A DNA stretch of 64,000 bases from Ophelia neglecta (Eukaryota): assembly GCA_965285935.1 (NCBI GenBank), contig OZ260662.1:7936001-8000000 (forward strand), given 5' to 3'. Made by a program: the position numbers and the translations under genes. The notes under the pieces were generated by a model. The model searched no databases, was not told the origin of the DNA, and worked only from the letters and a program-made list of their open reading frames with translations. Of this stretch, positions 1 through 13,747 are shown piece by piece. Position 1 is the first letter of the stretch. Every line of letters starts with the position of its first letter.

Positions 1-197
1 GAGACCAGACAGGGAACCCCACCCAAACACATTATACTGACACCGGGTTGACCAGTCCTGATACTACCACCGAAATACCGGGCGCCTGGCAGGGGAGCTA
101 TCAGTACCTATGTTTACGTCTTAGGTTAAACGCGATCGGGATTCGAACCCCGATCTACTACTTGCGAGGCGGACGCCCTAACCACTCGGCCACGCTT
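1..197 (-). mobile_element. tRNA-derived SINE (Meta/MESC-like core), cut by the window edge
   Basis: The reverse strand shows an A box (TGGCCGAGTGG), a B box (GGTTCGAATCC) and the core ACTGGTCAACCCGGTGTCAGTATAATGTG shared with three other copies in the window. Confidence 0.8.
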
Positions 198-1801
198 TAG
201 TGGTGGGGACGGTGTTGGAGATAATGGTGCTGTGTTTGTGGTTGTGAAACTGAACAAGATGGTGGTGTTGGTGGGGATGGCACTGGTGATCAATTTATTT
301 GCATATATGCTATGCACTATTACAAGTATTATTATATTTCATTAATCAGATAAGTTCCTTAAATTTCTCTGTTGTGGTTTGTTGTATATAGGAGCAAAAG
401 GATGACCATAAAGTACCACGCGGCTGCCGCTTCTCCCGAATGTGGGGATAAAGCAGCGGCAGTAAATGTACCTGCATCGTCCCAATCTGAGAGCCACCTC
501 ACGCGCACAGATGGCACTGTCCAAAACGACCATAAAAAAGAGGACACCTATATTTGAGATCATGAAGAAGTTGACATTTATTGTACATAGGTGCATTTTA
601 CACGGCCTTACGCGGGATATTGGTCAGGACATGATAATCATCATTTATGCCTTCAGCTCTTTCATCAGAGATAGATATACTGTTATATACTGTTATATAC
701 TGTTATACCGAAAAAGGATGACAATATTTATATCAGAAGCTATTCTTAGTAATGTATTGCTTGTATGATAATTATCTTATAGTAAAGTCAACTATATATA
801 TTTTCCATTGTCTTAAGGCCATATTTCAGGTAATGTAACGTTGTTGCCTCTGAGCGGATTTTACATAATGCAACACCTTGGAACGCTAAATTACCAGAAA
901 ACAATAGTCTTAGGGGCAAAGTCCCTCAGACAAAATTATTTTCTGGTACTGTAGCGTTTCTCGGCCATTAACTTATACGTAAAATCTACTGATTATGTAA
1001 CGCATTGTCTTTACTCAGCATTAACGTGAGTAATGAACAAAATAAAAAGTACACAGCAAAGTAAATTTATGACTAAAATTTACTTAACCATTGAAAGATA
1101 TGAATGCATTGCAGTATTTCTTTACTTTGCAAGCTGATAGAATACTGCCCGAGAATACCAACAATAGTATGGCTGGTAATGGCGTTCAAAGGCATTGACG
1201 GATCGACAGTAGGTTTTTTATATGTGGCAGCTGCCTGCACTGCAGAAGCTATGGCTGAGGTTGAGGTTTCTACCGGAGTTGTGTCTGAGGAGACAGTGGC
1301 TGCTGCGATATCCACAAATATTTGCACAGGTGCAGATATCTCGGAGATAATGTGTTAAAGTTTCCGTTCCGATTGGGCATTTGGCATCCATCACTTTTTT
1401 TTGGGCAGTGAGCAGTCTAAGGTTAAATCCATGGAGATTGTTGAGGCGCTTGGAGTTAACAGAGATAAACTTTCCACAGACAGAAACGGATAGGGCATTT
1501 CTCTCGGTTATACCTGTTTGGATAAACATTCCCAGTCTTGGGACGGAGATTCATTTCTTTAAGCACACCTTGATTGGACTTATATTTGTCCTTCTTATAC
1601 CTGAGCACCTTCCCACCGGAGGGTAAGGTAACAACAGATATCTGAGATGATGGCCTGGGTCAAAGTTGTCGATACTCTTCACCTGCCGAACAAGCGATTT
1701 TCAATCCCACTATGTGGAATATTGTATGAGTTAGGGTGAGTGGGTACTGGTCACCTAAGATTCCGCCTAGTAACATATGCTCCTCTTCTTCAATAGTAAT
1801 G

Positions 1802-3290
1802 ACAGGACAGCCTGGAGGTGGAGGCATGCATGCCTCCTCTTCACCTAAGAAGAGAGAGACTAGGACTGTAATATGCAGTCAAATTACACGCTGACCCCGC
1901 CAACCCTGCCTTCTCGAGTGTCTTTGACCCTCCGGACAGTGAACTATTTGCTACCAAAAACACAATTCCTCCATTTGGTATCCGCATCAAGCAATCCCTA
2001 GAAAATCTGGGCGTTGAACTCAGATGGATTGCTGATGCCACACTGCCAAAGACACCACCATGGACATATAGGCCACTGGTGGTGGACTGGTTTATGGTCA
2101 CTGGTAATAAAAACTACACTTCACCACTGATATATTGTACACGGTTCAATCAGGTCCGGTCAGAAGTGTACCATGACCATACCTTTATCTTCACGGATGG
2201 GTCGAAGCTCGAGGAGAAAGTGGCGGCGGCAGCTATCGGCCATGCCTTCACCTCCAGGATGCGCCTCCCCGATCACAGCTCCATTTTCACTGCCGAAATA
2301 ACAGCCATAGATCTTGCTCTGGACCATATCATCCAGACTAGAGACAGAAAATTTGTTATCGCCTCAGACTCAATGTCGACCCTCCAGGCACTAGACGGGT
2401 TTAGCTGGTCTAACCCTTTGGTTCTTTCCCGGCGAGAAACCTTAAATAAAATCCTCAAAAGAGGAAAAACTGTTATACTTCTGTGGGTGCCCAGCCACGT
2501 GGGCATCAAAGGCAACGAGGCTGCCGACAAATGTGCAAAAGATGCACTGGAAGATCCCATCTTCCCAATCAAAATCCCGTTCTCTGACTCCAAGAGCCCA
2601 ATAAACCAGTATGGCTGGAAACATTGGCAAACCGCCTGGGAACAGGCCATAGAAAACAAACTGCACTCTATCTCTATCTGCCCCACCATACCGAAATCAT
2701 TTCGACAGCCTCTTGCCTCCCGGAGGGACGACTTGATCATGTCTCGTCTGCGCATCGGCCACTCACATTTTACACACACTCACCTTCTGAGAAGAGAGGA
2801 CCCACCTTTTTGTGAGGGCTGCCAATGCCAGATTACTATCCAACACATTCTGTTGGAATGTAGCGATTTCGCCGAGGCTAGATACCGTTTTTATAACGTT
2901 AACAGCCTCAAAACATTATTCGACAAGATCTGCCCACAGCAGATCCTTGGTTTCTTGAGGTCTATAGATCTCTACTACAAAATGTAGTAGATCTTAAACG
3001 TGAAAACCATTTTTAAAGTGCGAAAATTTATGGAACTTTCTTTTATCTATTTATTAAACAACTAACCTTTTATGTTCCTTTACTAACAACTTTTAATCAG
3101 AAAAACATCTGACCCACCCACCAAGAACGGTTTTTTTTATAAATAGAGCTCAATAACCGCTTACTTCTTACTATTATCCCCATGTAAATAAAAATAGACA
3201 GTACAATAAACAATAAACTATACCCAACTTAAGACACTAAATGACCCACATGGTGTCTATGTGTCGTTAAGCCCCAAAAATCCACATCCA
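1802..3290 (+). mobile_element. 5'-truncated RNase H-containing LINE (I/Nimb-like group)
   Basis: 13-bp TSD TTCAATAGTAATG at 1789-1801 and 3291-3303. It has a TCCA-type tail and an open ORF2 C-terminus. Confidence 0.9.
2079..2987 (+). CDS. LINE ORF2 C-terminal fragment (RNase H + CCHC zinc finger)
   Basis: Motifs FTDGSK, FTAE, SDS, WVPSHVGIKGNEAAD, RLRIGH and CEGC..HILLEC. Confidence 0.85.
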   Translation: MVDWFMVTGNKNYTSPLIYCTRFNQVRSEVYHDHTFIFTDGSKLEEKVAAAAIGHAFTSRMRLPDHSSIFTAEITAIDLALDHIIQTRDRKFVIASDSMSTLQALDGFSWSNPLVLSRRETLNKILKRGKTVILLWVPSHVGIKGNEAADKCAKDALEDPIFPIKIPFSDSKSPINQYGWKHWQTAWEQAIENKLHSISICPTIPKSFRQPLASRRDDLIMSRLRIGHSHFTHTHLLRREDPPFCEGCQCQITIQHILLECSDFAEARYRFYNVNSLKTLFDKICPQQILGFLRSIDLYYKM

Positions 3291-3866
3291 TTCAATAGTA
3301 ATGGCATCTGCTTTCTTCTTTGGTGCAATGTTGCCCTTCTCATTGAGTAGTTTAACACTGTTATCCAATGTATTTGGTATTGACACAAATCTTTTTTCAT
3401 CGCTTAGTAGTCTGAAGGCCTTGTCACACTTAGTAAGGTACCCTTGGTAGTCAGGTTAGGTAAGGCTGCAGCAGTATATTGATAGAACGTAAAATTTCTC
3501 TTGAGGCATTCATTTCCATTCTATATCCCTCACCCCACATATAAATCTACAAATGTTTATATTTAGTTGCTTACCTCTCCTGCATCTCAACGACTTTTCG
3601 CCTGGCGTGCCATTTCTTTGATTCGTCCATTCCTTGTTCGCTGACAGCCAATTTGATTCTGTCTTCACTGCATCTCTGGAAATGATGGGGTAAAAAATAT
3701 ACAAATAAAGAGAGATATTATGTAATAGGTTATAACGATTTTTTTTTGTTTATCCGGCATGTACAATTGAAATATATTGTTGTTCTTTAACTTATTGTTT
3801 AATATCTGTCAGAGCCAGATAATAAACATGGATCTAATTAATAGCAAGACAAAGATGCAGATAGAA

Positions 3867-4044
3867 CAGTGCAACCTGTGAATTAAGACCACTCAAGTGT
3901 CTGACAAAGACTAGTCTGATTAGTTACGCGATCTGTTTACACGGGTTATTTTACAGTGAAAGGGTATACTTTGGTCTTCATATTATTGGTCTGAATATGC
4001 AGATGGTCTGACTATAGAGGTGGTCTTTAAAGCAGGTTTCACTG
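3867..4044. mobile_element. ~177-bp MITE with CAGTG termini (Tc1/mariner-pogo-like)
   Basis: CAGTGCAACCTG...CAGGTTTCACTG followed by TA, with internal AGACCAC repeats. Same family as the copies at 9717, 61373 and 63175. Confidence 0.75.
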
Positions 4045-4396
4045 TATAAGCACTTCGGTCGCCGTCAGCGCATAAATAATGAACGGTTCTTAATTAAAAG
4101 TAGTGTTTCTAACCGTCCAAACCATATATATATATACACTGCTAGACAGATCATGAGTGCATTACGCTTCACTAGGCGCAATGGGAGCAGAATCTGGCAA
4201 TAGTTCATGCCGTATAGACAAGGATCAATAGAAGGTAATTTAAAATGCTGTGCTCCACAGTACAATCAACAATACACCCGATCAATGTTCAGCAGGTAAT
4301 AAGTCAGAGCTTCATGTCCAGGCGAAACCTCCCGCTGCATAGCTGCTGGCCGGTATTAAAGATCAGTGGATTCGCTAACATATCTTATCTGTTAAC

Positions 4397-7300
4397 ATGA
4401 ACGCTTTCACTAGATGTCTGCTTGTGTGGCTAACTTGCATTCTTGGCATACAAGGTAAGCGAGAACATAAATGTTTACATAATTAATACCGTTTATTTAA
4501 CTTTTAATTCTATTTTGTACATATGTAGTCAAGAAAATATAACTCTCTCGTCTTCTTACTTTTACAACATATGAGACGGACGACTTTTAAAACCTTACCG
4601 CTGCAGCAAGATGGCGGATTAGCTATGCCATTTTAATACATAGTGATGAATGAGGCTAATATATATTGGTCGCCCTGTGTCATATCACAGGGGCTCTGTA
4701 GTCACATAATTTCTTTTAACTTGTATTTATCATATTCTTGACCCGACCAATATGCTCGAAAACCAACAACCGAAAGCCTTAAATCATTACTAAAAATTCC
4801 TTTTATATGAATAGGTACCTAATATAAAATTTGAATTTATTTTTGCAAATAATTTTCACTCGGATGTTGGCCTCATATATAATTGATACAAGAGTGCAGT
4901 GAACCCTCCAAATATATTAATGAAATCATATCATTGGCTTGGCTTTTAGTATATTCTTGACAACCTATTCATAGAAATTAGCTTCTTTGATAGGAACTGT
5001 ACCCCTGTCCACACTTGTCAGGTAATCTTCCGCTGGACATGCGGTCTATGTCCGGCACACCTTCGGTTCATCCATTGCATTCAGGTAACATTCCGGTCTG
5101 CGTGTCAGGTCCCCGACATCAATGAATGTGAACGAGTTTCAAACAAAACGCACGCCTAGTGCACAACCAGCGGACGACTTTGCCCGGAGGTGTCCCTTCC
5201 AACTTTTGTGCATTCACAAAACTTTCCGCCGGATTGAACGGACCTCACCTCACCGTAACTTGCCAGACAAAAACGCATTCGCCGACCCAGAAAAGGACAA
5301 GAAATGCATGTGAACAGAGACCAGTTAACGCTATCCGGCAAGATGTGACTGTACATTAAATAACATCTGTAAACAGACAACCTTTATGATCAGACCAGTA
5401 TTTTTCAGTTCATTGAGTGGTCTCAATTCACATGGTCCACTGTAAATGTGCTAAGCGATCAGACCGGAAGTATATTATATCTAACATGCCTCGTTCATTA
5501 ACTCCTGTATTAAAGGGGCTCATTCTACAACTAAAAACTTAAGGAAGTATCAATAACACACGTGCTTCCCAAAGTCTAGTTCTAATTCCTATAGGTTTCA
5601 TTAAAGGTTCATTTGTTCAAATAATGTCTTTATATTTTACGATAAATTCCAAATACAACTAAATATCACTAAACGAAATAACGACTTTTATGTTTGGGCA
5701 ATCATTGCTGATGGTCAATTGGTTGAGGTCTTCGGACACACTTTAGGCATGGGAAACTGTGACTTATTAAATCTATCGACATACACCCAGTTTGCATCAA
5801 AACATCAATTATTCATTAATCCCATTGAGCGTCCATTTTGCGTCAGCTGTGACCTAATATTTACGGCGTTCGTATGATTTAATACAATACGGTACGCTGT
5901 GAGCGCCCGGGCAGGTGAAAACTTGTCTCTTACCACGCACACGTCTTATTGACAACAAATAGCCAGCGTCTGGACCCATCTGAAATATTTATGACTAATT
6001 AACCACTCGCATCCGAGCGTGACAAAAGAAGGGCGGATCGAAACGTACTAGTTTTGGCACCCATGACGAGACTTCGTGTCGTTGAAATGTTACAGTCATG
6101 CAAGATTACTAATTTTGACAATCCTCTTTGCTGACTTTGCACTGCCATAAACCTACCGTGTGTGTCTTCATTATTTACTTGATCAAAATGCAAAGAAAAC
6201 TTTTTGATCAAGTCACCATCCTTAGCAGACAACCGCTGAAAATTTCGGTTCCCATGGTTATTATTAACAATATAATATTATGACTATGTGTTTTATTATT
6301 AAATCTGGAAATCAACATAGGCATTACACACAATATCATAGAACCACATAAATGTACCATATACATTAACCATGTACCATCCTGTTAAATCAATCGGATT
6401 TAAGGATAACACAACATTAGGATAATCAATTTATTGTACCAAAGCAGCCCGGGCACACCCACACGCCTCACCCCCACCCCGCCGCAGAAGACACGATGTA
6501 CCCCACGCACCACCGCCGCCATCACTGGTGGTCGCCAGCTGTTTTCAGGGAACACCATCCACGCCACGAAGGGAAACCTATATTAACGAGGACTCAGAAG
6601 GCCCTACGCCCCCCCCCCCCCAGCCCCCCACTCCAGGAAGAACGGGCCGAGGCCACCCAGGTCACATCCGGACCCACCAATAGTCAGAGCCAACAATGGT
6701 CAAGAAATTTGGAGAAAACTGTTACTCAGTTTTTTTTTCAAATGAGACTGAAGATTTCTCTTTGAGTAATGAATGGAGCAAAAATGATTAGTAGTTAAGA
6801 ACGGGTAATTATATAATAGTATCGCTTGGTGAATGATACATATAGGCTGAACTCCAGATTTTATGCCTGATACATGACATGAAAATGTCTGGCCTGTCTA
6901 GTGTCATAGCTGTGTACACCGATATTTAAAATAAAGATGACTCACAGTTTGGCACAAGACCATGCAAAAAGTTTGTGTATAGATACAAGTAGTATGTATT
7001 TATAAGCTTAAGCAATGGATGACACTTTTAGCTAAGAAAGTAGTTCACTGGTTATTTCTGGGAGAGCCTGTACTAATTCTCCCTGATCTCTTTTTTGTAA
7101 TTGTAATAGGGGTCCATGGTAAATAGAAATTATACTCCCCCATACCTCCAAGCAGTAGGTAAACATACTATTTATATATTTATAAATTCTCCAATGTAAG
7201 GATTGGATTCCTTTTTAAATTATCACTATAAAAGTCACCGATAAGAAAATAGTTCTTACCTTCAGGTTTTAGTTTAAAAAATACACTAATATAATAATCA

Positions 7301-10300
7301 AATACAGATACATCATATAAGAAGGTCACCACATCGAACAATTATTGTATAACAATTGCTGTCACGTTGTTTTTATGATACGTCAATAAACACAATCTCA
7401 ATATGTTCATTGAATAAGTCTAGATCATTGCGTTATATATACCTAATTGTTCCTTTTACATGAAGTGAAACAATTACTCCCTTCCCATTGGGTCTAAGCG
7501 TATCTATATAATTATAACTATAAATGTTATGCAAGTCAACAGAATCACAGAGCGTAATTAAAAGTGCCGACTTCTTGAAGGCTGACCTACATTTCAGGTG
7601 AGCTGTTTTACATAACGTTATACACATATACTAGTAAAGATGCCGGGGCCAGGGACTCGCCGTATCTAACTTTTCATGGAACCAAAAACACTGAAGAGCG
7701 AATCCGACTTTGGGGAAGTGGATTTAAAATGACACCCGGCATGTAAGTCAGCATTACAACTGACCATTACTATAGGAAAGTAGTAAGTGATTTGACATTC
7801 AAGGTCAAATACTTTAACTTACCATTTTAAAAGATTACATATGATAAAGGTGCACGATGGTGTTTTTAATGGCTGGACAATACAATACAATATTTTCACA
7901 TTGGTCATGTACGCACAAATAAAGTTGTTGACTTATAAATCTACAATGGCTTTTGAACAACTGGTAGAAAACGTGAAAGATTAAAACAGGAACTTGTTTA
8001 GAAGCAAACAAGCACTAGGTTTTGTCGAAATGTATTACATATTTCTGCTTATATAGGATAACAGATATACTTTTGTACACGGAAAAGGATGTCGGTGATG
8101 TGACAAAGATCACTTTTACAGGAAGCAGCGCCATTGATGGATATATAATGAAAAAGGTTCGTAAGGAACATATTAGTAGGTAGCCCTTTTTATGGAACGA
8201 TTCCGATTGTGTTGGTTAGAATTGTGTGTGGAGCAGGTGGTTCGGAGGAGGGTGGGAGGGAAGTGGTTGGGAAGGGGAGAATCATGTTATCGTTCTGAGG
8301 ATAATTTAGCAAACATATAATCTTTCAAATGTCAGCGTTTCCAACAATCTTATCACAGCAAACTGGTTATCATTCAGACAAGTGAGATGAAAAAGCTTTC
8401 CTTCGGAAAGTACTTACTTTAGCGATTTTTCTTCCTGATTAAACAGGAACTGTTGAGAGAAACGACTTTGAAATTAGGACCCGAGAGCAGCAATGGTAGC
8501 CAAAAAAACTTAAGTGCCAGTCATTTTATAACCTAACATGCATCGGTCCATCCCAGTTAAGTACTGGATGTAGGTTAATGTGGGTTTATCTTTACATTCA
8601 TATTTACCGACACTAAAAACACTAAGTGATCACGAGGAGTCAATTGTGTGATTCAGAATATCAAAGGCAAACATGAGCTTCAAATAGCTATCTCCTACTG
8701 ATATATATTTATTTACGATTATTCTATTTCGCTTATGAATATGAAACTTACTACATTTGCTTATTGTATCTTAGCACTACTATAGTCTAATATGATGTAA
8801 CCAATGATAGTTATATAAGACTAAATCTCATCTCCATATATAGTTGCATTCATGGTCGATAAAACACTGTTTTCATTTGAAAATGATAAAGACAAAAAAA
8901 CAAATATTTGATTTGTTGTTGTGAAAGTACAGTAGATGGTAAAACGTTTCCAGTTTCGAGAGGGATCCACTGGCTGTGGAACTGTAATTTACTAAAGATA
9001 AGATAACCGCAAATATGGCATTTCCGATTTTATCTAACCTAAAAGCATGAAGCATTGGTCATACCATGGGTCAATGCTGGTCGATGCCCACCAAGGTCAA
9101 CGTAAACGGTTATCTTTTTGTTATGATTATAATAATACGTTTCATTGTAACTTGCTGACAACTTCTTCTTGTTGGCATAGATAACAGGTTTGGCAGGTCA
9201 CGATTTAACAGGGTAATTACCTACAGGGTAATTACCTACTGTAATGATGCATATATTTATTTATTCAGATATCTCTGAAGAATGCACAAACCGGCAAGAC
9301 CTGTCACGTGGTTTGTTCTAGCTACTGTTTTATCAAACTCGGTGAGCCTGGCTGCCCTTTCACCAGAGGTATGTTGTTACGTCGAATAAAAAGCTAAGCG
9401 TCCAACTGTGGTTGTTCCACTTTACCTGCATTATTAATCAATTAATAAGCTTGGTGATTGTCTGCTGACAATTCTGTTGTTAACAGTTCTTGTACATCAG
9501 AACCATTTGACTGCCACAATATCAGAATCTGATTTTCATGTCAACATATAATAGCAGCTTCATGGATCAGATAAGAACCAGAACGGACTGTATTGTAAAT
9601 TGTATGTCATTATTTTATGCTGAGAGCCAGATATGTGCATCGCTGGCAAAAACAGTTGGGAAGCTGGATTAAACTCGTCTGCCAGATGTCTATTCCCGTG
9701 TGTTCATTACTTAGTACAGTGAAACCTGCCTTAAAGACCACCTCTATAATAAGACCATCTGAAAATTCAGAACACTAATAAGAGGATCATGATGTTAATT
9801 TCAATGTTAAATAACCTGTCTAAACAGACCACCTCCAAAATCAGACCACCCTTGTCCAGTCTATTTGGTGGTCTTAATTCACAGGTATCACTGTAATTAT
9901 AATATTTTGGTATAGCTTAAAGCGCTTAGTGCCCTATACAAACGGCGGTTTTAATACCCGAATGGCATTGGCGCAATATAAATATTCCGTTCACCATCAG
10001 CTGGAATAAACATATTATATAATCTACTACCATTAACTAGAGTGGAAACCCGATCCACACTTCACAATCAGGGGCCGGTTTCTGGAAGAGGTCCTAAGAC
10101 CAGGATTAGGATTAAAATGCTTAATCGGTCTTAACTTGCTAGTCCGGGTTTCTGGAAGTGGTCTTAAGACCAAATTTGGTCTTAAGCCTAGTCAAATCAA
10201 GTCTTAGCTAATCGGTAATAGGCTAATATAATCCTGAATCCTGAGACCGCTTCCAGCAACCGGGCCCTGATTCCTGGAAATACCCAGGACACAATCCGAA

Positions 10301-10961
10301 ATCAGATGCTAGAAATTATCTATGCTTCAGTCCGGCTTAATCAACTGCAGTTCCACAAAGATCAACTCCTACCAAGTGCCAAGATTGTTAATAAGGTGGC
10401 TTCGAAATCAAGTTAAATAAATAAAGAGTCTAAGATATCACTTGTAATGAAAAGCAGTGAATACTTTCTCTTATTGCGAGTAAAAGCACCAAACAACCAA
10501 GTTAGTGGAGAAATGAGAAGAAGGATACACGTACCATACACTTTATTCTAATGGCAGATAAGTTGACACTTCAGGGACGGGGGTGCTTTGGTCGATCCGT
10601 GTACTGCGAAATCTAATGTGACAACAAATAACAGTTCAAACGCCACTTTTGACCTTTTTTTACAGGCACAACTGGCTGCACCTTGGATACTCCGGCGGTC
10701 ACAGTGATTGGGGATATGCCGCAGGCTTATTTTAGGTCCATCCACGTCAATAATCAGACTGTGTTGGCCTTAAGGAGCGGTGTGCCTGGTAGGAACTGTA
10801 ACTCCAGGGGTTGTGCCCGGGCCTGTCTTATGAACCCGGAGTGTCGGGCTTTTACCGTGGACACCTCTCTGGAAGCTCCGCATTGCTGTCAGCAGTGGGC
10901 CATACCGACTAACACGGGTGTTATACAAGGGATGACACCAATGTTTTTCAAAGTTGGCTGA
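4397..10961 (+). CDS. Gene 1: secreted PLAT/LH2-like + PAN/Apple-like protein (232 aa, 5 exons)
   Basis: Exons 4397-4454, 7598-7742, 8057-8156, 9269-9368 and 10666-10961 are all GT-AG bounded and sum to 699 nt with no stops. Protein: MNAFTRCLLVWLTCILGIQG ELFYITLYTYTSKDAGARDSPYLTFHGTKNTEERIRLWGSGFKMTPGM ITDILLYTEKDVGDVTKITFTGSSAIDGYIMKK ISLKNAQTGKTCHVVCSSYCFIKLGEPGCPFTRG TTGCTLDT...CNSRGCARACLMNPECRAFTVDTSLEAPHCCQQW...FFKVG. AATAAA at 11121. Domain names are by motif resemblance. Confidence 0.88.
9717..9893. mobile_element. CAGTG-TIR MITE in gene 1 intron 4
   Basis: TA|CAGTGAAACCTG...CAGGTATCACTG|TA. Absent from the gene 2 intron. Confidence 0.85.
10071..10267. mobile_element. GGG-ended MITE (PIF/Harbinger-like)
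   Basis: Inverted termini GGGGCCGGTTTCTGGAAG...CTTCCAGCAACCGGGCCC with TCA/TGA flanks. Related ends occur near 12000, 19765, 29930 and 43470. Confidence 0.65.
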
Positions 10962-11602
10962 AATGTAGATGATAATCCCACAACAACTCCTGAGAATTAG
11001 ATAAGTACAGTCAACTAACAGTTGCATGGAACAACCCGAAAATTTATAGACTTTTAAAATAATCAACCGGACTAAAGTTCGAATTATTCAAATCATAATA
11101 TCATGAGTTGTGTTACTATGAATAAAGACTGTTTTGGAACTAATCCAATATAAAGAAGGATAGTTATATGTACTTACTTATTATTTTAAGATATATAACA
11201 AATATCAATTGGATATAGTTATCAGCTCAATAACACGCTCAATGGCCGCTGAAATACTTTGTTTTAAAACCTAAAGCTCTATTGCTTTAAAATACCAAAA
11301 ATAAATAAAGTAATATGCAAGTTACAACATCAAAACAAGTGGTTCGTTTGACAAATATATTTCAAATTAAAGATAAATATCTCGACATGGACAGTGATAA
11401 AAGTATCAAAAAAAAAGGATTACCATACGATCATTCCAGACCGATTGATGGAAATAGTTTCGCTTTTTCTGGAAATTCATTCCTATCTTTTCGATATTGA
11501 CCCTTGACTGTTAATTTTTCAAAACACCATGGATAAATACTTTTCGTTAATTTTTATCTCTGTCGCATTTAGAATCATTTTTTAACAACAGTTGTTTATT
11601 AA

Positions 11603-11635
<33 letters not shown>

Positions 11636-13747
11636 CATTATTATTATGGAATGGATACAAGGCAGTTTAAGCCAATTTGATCTTAACCTAAATCCTGGTG
11701 AAGGAAAACACTGATTAACGCGGTTTCAGCTAGGCAATAGGCTAATCGTACAAATATGCAAATTATTGACAAGCTATTTGTCATAGGGTGGCTCTCATGC
11801 TAGCGTCTTATTAAGTCTTAATGAGAGTCTCCCTGACCTAAATCTTTATTCATTTGGACACACACAATGTTTCATTATGTTTATATGTAGTTTGCTTACA
11901 TAGTACTTTTATTGTCCACTTTTGTATATATTTTCATGGTATATTTTCGGTTGAATAAATGATATGAAAATGACTAATCTAATCCTTAAATTTAAGACTG
12001 CTTCCAGAAAGCAGGCCATGCTGATGGTTCCTTATGAATTCAGAAAGATCAAAGAATAATCAATTATTTTGAATTGTCTGTTGTGTCAGCTCCCCGGTGT
12101 ATATTTCAAGTTTATGTTTTCATTAACTATTATTTGCATTACAAGTTTATTATTTGTTTGGGAGCTGGCGATTGATGTATTAACGTGTTGGGGGGCTGTG
12201 GCTGCTGATAATTCTTGTCCGATTTGATGGCCTACTGTTTAATCCAAGGCGGGGACCTCCATAGCATCAAAGATCAACTCAAACAAATGTCTGATTGCAA
12301 GTGATCAATCTTCAGTGTGTGTTATTTAAGATTATAGATTTGCGAGTTGATGTTTGTTTGTCAACAGCTGACGGCTACTGGTGTCTATTTCATCCTTTTC
12401 CAAGCCAAACCAATACTTATCATCTAGGTGTTCGTATAAATAATCGCTCTAACGGACATTTTCCGGAAGTCGTCAAAAAAAACGTGCCCCGCAATGCCTG
12501 AAATAGTGATGATAATGTTACTGGTGACACGTAGATGACCAGTGGTGTGATCATGCGGCGATCAAGATTCCAAGTCCGTGCCGTGATGCCCAAAACATGG
12601 ATTCCTGCTTGACTCTTGATGGTAGCACTTCTGAAAATATACTTATACCCATTTCCCCCATCACAATCTGGTGAAAAAATCAAAAGGCTTAGGTCAACAA
12701 GGAAAAAACATGTTTCTGCTCTGATGAAAGAAGATTGTCCATTCTACAGGCGCCTTACTTTTGAAAGTGGAACAGTTGTAGACATTTATAAGATTTGGCA
12801 TAAAAAATTGCAATATAATTGTTAATACCAGACGAATAATTTTAATCGTGATATGAACGCCCAAAAAGCGACGGGAATTTCTTTTTTATCTTTTTACCTA
12901 TGTGAAAAGAGTTATGTTTCATAGCATGTCGGTCTTTGGCATTTTAAAATAAACTAAAGGGAGTGCTGAAAATAAAACATACTGCGGAGACGACAGTAAC
13001 TGCAATGGTTTATCTACACTTGGTCGTGACTTGATGGGGTTCTAAGTATTTATTTTAAAAAGAGTTGATCAAAGAAAATATATTTAAACTGTCGTCAATC
13101 TGAACACGCATGTAAGAGCAGCCACGAATTGTACGTTGTCGGATTAATGAAAGGTTAAACAAAGGAACAGCAAACACAACGCATAGCCTTATGTCGACAA
13201 GGTTAAGCAAAAACGGATACATCTATCTGTAGGTTTAATTTGATTTCTCGCTATGTAATGGCGACCTGACCGAAGGCGTAAAAGTGTGTCATTTTTAAAA
13301 TTTGCCTATGGCTAAATTACGAACATGTTAGCGACAAAACCAACGAAACGAACTTGAAATCCAAGTTAACCTTATAACAGCCATACAGTGTAGGCCAAGC
13401 TATTTATTTCAGCCACAATTTAATTTGAAAAAGATCTTTTTGAACTCAAATAGTAAACACAGGGTTGACGATACGTATGTTGAATTGTCACTTCCCTGGA
13501 CAAACCAGCATGCCCTCAAACATTCAGCAGTTATTTCGCGGAGGCCGGGCTTTCTCGCCTACCAAAGTATCCCAGCATGCAGTGCGGTCTTCCGTTTCAC
13601 GCCAGATGGCGCTAACATCAAAATTGCTCGCGCATACGCGCTATTGATTTGCCAGAAATGAGACGAGCGTATTTATATTCATTATATTATAAAGTAGTCA
13701 TTGATATCAATAAAAATATCTGCTTCGATATAGAAGTTTGATAATAT

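Larger units (their letters stand above)
1290..3680 (-). pseudogene. Decayed Crypton-type tyrosine recombinase (DUF3504-like), split by a LINE
   Basis: Minus-strand pieces with stops and frameshifts: LNINICRFICGVRD..., FVSIPNTLDNSVKLLNEKGNIAPKKKADAITIEEEEHMLLGGILGDQYPLTLTHTIFHIVGL (continuous across the LINE TSD), YKKDKYKSNQGVL...PKT and PIGTETLTHYLRDICTCANICGYRSSHCL. These resemble the DUF3504 motifs TLD..MK, LG...P..L and P.G..TL....G..G..SNHSLR. Confidence 0.75.

Noticed and set aside
125-197. tRNA gene
   Set aside because: The A/B boxes run directly into a SINE body that occurs four times in the window, so this is a SINE head.
2273-2779. 168-aa antisense ORF (also 49387-49905)
   Set aside because: These are shadow frames of retrotransposon coding sequence.
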